64,000 bases of DNA from Promethearchaeota archaeon. GTDB taxonomy: Archaea; Asgardarchaeota; Lokiarchaeia; Sigyniarchaeales; SOKP01. Of this stretch, positions 60,400 to 64,000 are shown piece after piece. Where the stretch lies: contig JBHLNT010000007.1 of assembly GCA_048941265.1 (NCBI GenBank), positions 12,433-76,432 on the forward strand, given 5' to 3'. The notes beneath the pieces are model-generated. The model was not told where the DNA came from. It worked only from the letters and a program-made list of their open reading frames with translations, and searched no databases. How positions within the stretch are numbered: position 1 is the first letter of the stretch; every line of letters starts with the position of its first letter. The translations under genes were made by a program, and so were the position numbers.

Positions 60400-61353
60400 A
60401 TGCTAATTTACGAAAAAATACAGGATGGAATATTTTTAGTATACTCAGATTCTCAATTTTGGTTTAAATGTAATGGGATTTTAATTAAAAATCCGAATCT
60501 GGGAGATATCTTAATTGATTGTAACTGTTTTTATAAAAAAGAGATTAAAGAATTAACTAAAAATCAGATAGATACGTATTTTGTATCTCATGTCCATTTG
60601 GACCATGTTTATAATTTACATTATTATGAAGAAATTGATCCAAAAATCAAGATTTATTGCCCAATTCCAGAAAATGAATATTTAAAGGATTTTAATAAAT
60701 TTATTAAGGCTAATGGCACGCTGGATTTTGGAATTGGGGATGAATTTAAACATTTTGCATTTAACGAGCTGAATTTCAGAGAATTAAATTCTATAGTAGG
60801 TTTTAATCCCGGAACAGAATTTGAATTTAAAAATTTACGTGTTAGAACTGTTCATATCCCTGGGCACTCGCCCGGCCACACTGCATTCTCGATTGAAGAT
60901 AAAAAATATCAGAAAAGAAAAATATTATTCGTTTCTGACATAGGATTAACAAAAATGGGAGCCTGGTATGGTTTTAAGTACAGCAATCTAAAAGATGTGA
61001 AAGACTCAATTAAAAAGATTGAAAAAATTTATTTAAATGATGACTACATAATTACAAGTGGACATGGACCTGTGATTTTCGAAAAGCAATCCAACCTTTT
61101 TAATGATCTTCTAACAAAGATGGATAATATTGAGGATAAACTTCTCCATATGCTTGATTCTGATAAACCTAAAAGTCTAAATGATTTAATTTTTAAAGGT
61201 TTGTTTTTTAGTGAAAATTACATAAAATCCAGAGAAGGAGATAATATTTTATATTTTTTTGAAAACAATATGATTACAAGTCATATGAAAGAACTGGTAG
61301 AAAAAGGAAAAGTAATTGAAGTTGCCGAAAACCAATGGACTTTGAACATATAA
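60400..61353 (+). CDS. Metallo-beta-lactamase fold hydrolase
   Basis: SHVHLDH, PGHSPGH, SD, SGHG. Confidence 0.88.
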   Translation: MLIYEKIQDGIFLVYSDSQFWFKCNGILIKNPNLGDILIDCNCFYKKEIKELTKNQIDTYFVSHVHLDHVYNLHYYEEIDPKIKIYCPIPENEYLKDFNKFIKANGTLDFGIGDEFKHFAFNELNFRELNSIVGFNPGTEFEFKNLRVRTVHIPGHSPGHTAFSIEDKKYQKRKILFVSDIGLTKMGAWYGFKYSNLKDVKDSIKKIEKIYLNDDYIITSGHGPVIFEKQSNLFNDLLTKMDNIEDKLLHMLDSDKPKSLNDLIFKGLFFSENYIKSREGDNILYFFENNMITSHMKELVEKGKVIEVAENQWTLNI

Positions 61354-61467
61354 TAGACTTAATTAATATCCTTTTTAATTTGTTTAGAAAATCTTTCTTA
61401 AAATGCTAATAATATTGAGTAAAAGCAAAAAAGAGTAAAAAGTTTTTTATTTATAAATAATGAGATT

Positions 61468-62079
61468 TTATATTCTAGAATCACTCGTAGGCGGATCTGT
61501 TTCCCCCTTATTCCGATTATATATTTCTAACATAATATTATTAAAACTAGCTTGTCGATCTCTCCAATGAGCCTCTTCCTCACGCTTGTTTTTGTTTATT
61601 GTAAGTTTCCATCTTTTTGTCTTATAATTACCATCATTGTCTAATTGTAAGGTGCCATTTTTCCGTATTTTAACTGTTACTTGTATTTGACCTTGGTATT
61701 TAGGGACTATACTATATACATCATGCCATCTTACCCATTTTTTTTTCCCAATGTTCCATCTAGAAGTTCTCATGGTCTCCTTTATTATCCATGCAAATCC
61801 AACATCACTCACTATTAAGAGACCAAATGCTCTATCGAGTTTGCATTTTGAGGTAATAATTGGATCCCCTATAGGAAGTTCTTGCATAGCTTTTTCATAT
61901 TTTTTAACTCTTTCAGGTGCAATTTCCCAACCTTTTATTGGAAATTGTAATTGGGCTCTGGAAGTAATGTTCGTAACAGCTATTTCACTTAACTTAGATC
62001 CACAGTAACTACAAAAACTCTGACCTTTTTTAACGGGATTGCCGCATTCAGAACAAAAAGATTGATCTTGTTGAACCAT
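61468..62079 (-). CDS. Zn-ribbon protein with probable PH-like domain
   Basis: CSECG..CSYCG; GLLIVSDVGFAW..VRWHDV. Confidence 0.65.
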   Translation of the reverse strand: MVQQDQSFCSECGNPVKKGQSFCSYCGSKLSEIAVTNITSRAQLQFPIKGWEIAPERVKKYEKAMQELPIGDPIITSKCKLDRAFGLLIVSDVGFAWIIKETMRTSRWNIGKKKWVRWHDVYSIVPKYQGQIQVTVKIRKNGTLQLDNDGNYKTKRWKLTINKNKREEEAHWRDRQASFNNIMLEIYNRNKGETDPPTSDSRI

Positions 62080-62272
62080 TTTTCTCTTCTCGTTGTATTT
62101 AATTAAAATTACTTATAAGGTTGTTAAATATATGGATTTAATAAGATATTATTTTTCTTTTATTTTAATTTAACTATATATTCATTAATTCTCATTAAAT
62201 ATTCCAATGTTATTGAATACAAATTTAAAATATTGAGATTTGTTCGTTATTACTTTCTTTAATTAAGATATA

Positions 62273-63457
62273 TCATTCATTTGACGACTTGATTTTTGCA
62301 AAAAACTCTTTTGAGGGTGCAGCATTGAAAAAGAACATTTTAATAACTTGATCTCTAAAACCCATATCTTCTTTAGCTAATCTGAACATTGTGTCAAGAT
62401 TCTTACCGTCATTTTCATAAAAAAATTCGACCATAGAACGTTTTAATTTGAAATTTCTAAGAATTTTTTTAATATAAGGATGCTGTTTATAATATTTTAA
62501 AGTTCGATTAGAGATATCATCACTTTGGAGAGCTTGTATTGCAGCTTCAGCAGCTATTTGACCTGATACTATACTTGGATGTATTCCTTCACCACTAATG
62601 GGAGATACGAATCCTGCCGCATCTCCTATAATCATTAAATTGTCTTTTATTAGGGATTTTTCTAAAACTCCAATTGCCGAAAGTGGATAAGAACCCGTCC
62701 ATATTTCATTATAATTAGATTTAGGAAAATACTGCTTGATATTAGGATCGTTTTTGAATTCTTCAAAAATCTGGTTTAAATTATACTTAAGGTTATCCTC
62801 TGCAAATGTACCGCACCCGATATTAAATCTTGTTTCACTTATTGGAAATATCCATCCATATCCTTTATATCGCCTAAAATAAAGATACATTTTATTTTTT
62901 TCTAAATTATTTTCACCTTCTAAAATCGAACATTTTGCTAACCCTATATCTTCAATTTTCCAGCGTTCTCGTAAACCTGACCTTACTGCTAATTTAGAAC
63001 TCATCCCATCAGCAATTACTATTATTTTACCTAAATACTCTTTTATGCCATCTGGAGTCTTAGTTTTTATCCCAATTTTTTTATGATCTTTGACTATAAA
63101 ATCAAATGATATATTTTTATCAAAAAGCTCCGCACCGGCATCTACTGCTACATCTCTTATAAAATTATCAAAATCTAAACGATCCATTATAATTGAATCA
63201 GTACCCTGTTGTTCCCAACTATATGCCATTTTATGATATTCTGCTGAAAACATCAGCGCACCATTTAATCGGAGGGGATTCAATTTTTTCAACTGAGGGT
63301 AATATTTAGACATGATCCTCGCACTTACACCTCCACCGCATGGTTTTCTCCAATTAACATCCTTTTCAATTAGGGCAATTTTAAATCCATTCTTTGCTAA
63401 GATTTCTGCACATCTGGAACCTGCGGGACCGGCTCCTGAAATTATAACATCATACAC
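62273..63457 (-). CDS. Geranylgeranyl reductase family flavoprotein
   Basis: GAGPAG, KPCGGG, IADG, YGWIFP, GDAAGFVSPISGEGI. Confidence 0.9.
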   Translation of the reverse strand: MYDVIISGAGPAGSRCAEILAKNGFKIALIEKDVNWRKPCGGGVSARIMSKYYPQLKKLNPLRLNGALMFSAEYHKMAYSWEQQGTDSIIMDRLDFDNFIRDVAVDAGAELFDKNISFDFIVKDHKKIGIKTKTPDGIKEYLGKIIVIADGMSSKLAVRSGLRERWKIEDIGLAKCSILEGENNLEKNKMYLYFRRYKGYGWIFPISETRFNIGCGTFAEDNLKYNLNQIFEEFKNDPNIKQYFPKSNYNEIWTGSYPLSAIGVLEKSLIKDNLMIIGDAAGFVSPISGEGIHPSIVSGQIAAEAAIQALQSDDISNRTLKYYKQHPYIKKILRNFKLKRSMVEFFYENDGKNLDTMFRLAKEDMGFRDQVIKMFFFNAAPSKEFFAKIKSSNE

Positions 63458-63505
63458 GATTTTACCACTATATTTAATAATCTTGATTATAAATTATTGA
63501 TATGA

Positions 63506-64000
63506 TTAATTACTTCCTTTTATTTTTGAAATAAAATCTTTGGGGGGGGTTTGACCGAATATAAATGTGTCGATTACAATTTGTTTAAATTCTTCGCTTT
63601 CTTCTACCATTTTAAAGGTCTTATTGAGATTTTCACCCTCATTTTCATAAAAGAAATTAACAAATTTACGTTGGAATTTAAACAATCTAATAATTCTTTT
63701 AATGTTTGAATGCTGTTTAAATTCCTTAAGAGTATTTATCGTAAAATTATTTCTTTCTAAAGCATTTAAAGAAGTTTCGCCTGCTACCTGACCAGATACT
63801 ATTGCAGCATGAATTCCCTCTCCGCTGATTGGAGCAACAAATCCTGCAGCATCCCCTATTATAAATAAGTTATCATCACAGAGACTTTTTTCTAAAACTC
63901 CCGTAGCAGGTTCGGGAAAGATAGCGGACCAAATTACGTTATAATCTTTTTTTAGCAATAAATTTTTATTACGTAATTCATGAAGAAATTCCTTATATAA
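63506..64000 (-). CDS. Geranylgeranyl reductase family paralog, 5'-partial
   Basis: GDAAGFVAPISGEGI; frame is open to the window edge. Confidence 0.85.
   Translation of the reverse strand, partial: LYKEFLHELRNKNLLLKKDYNVIWSAIFPEPATGVLEKSLCDDNLFIIGDAAGFVAPISGEGIHAAIVSGQVAGETSLNALERNNFTINTLKEFKQHSNIKRIIRLFKFQRKFVNFFYENEGENLNKTFKMVEESEEFKQIVIDTFIFGQTPPKDFISKIKGSN

Noticed and set aside
1281-63500. Numerous 60-126 aa ORFs antisense to or overlapping the called genes (e.g. 1281-1502, 8325-8642, 11516-11887, 33799-34179, 43077-43391)
   Set aside because: Shadow ORFs of well-supported genes with no motifs of their own
1-64000. Transposases, integrases, proviral genes, rRNA or tRNA genes
   Set aside because: No such ORFs, terminal inverted repeats or GC-rich structural RNA segments were seen

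Overview
Very AT-rich archaeal chromosomal segment, most likely from a Lokiarchaeia-type Asgard archaeon. The evidence is archaeal core genes (pus10-rpl21e-rpo4-DUF655-rsmA-hemK cluster, rpl35ae, nurA, type II 3-dehydroquinate synthase) together with many eukaryotic-signature proteins: a RagA-like GTPase with a roadblock-like C-terminus, two Rab-like GTPases, a Snf7/ESCRT-III subunit, a roadblock protein, a presenilin-like protease and two secernins. Metabolic genes cover the H4MPT methyl branch (ftr, mtd, mch), purine/MTA salvage (apt, two MTAPs), acyl-CoA metabolism, glycogen metabolism and 7-deazaguanine synthesis. I saw no tRNA, rRNA, CRISPR array or intact mobile element. The most unusual items are: (1) a 687-aa Zn-finger/coiled-coil/PH-like/low-complexity protein ending in a steadiness-box-like hairpin, two genes from a stand-alone Snf7; (2) an SDR oxidoreductase fused to QueC, divergent from queD; (3) an XPD helicase with an RpoM/TFS-type N-terminal Zn ribbon; (4) a nucleoside kinase-like protein with a C-terminal PIP box; (5) an MTAP with an inserted Zn ribbon, paired with a human-like MTAP. 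All calls come from reading motifs by eye and comparing with remembered family sequences; no database search was run.
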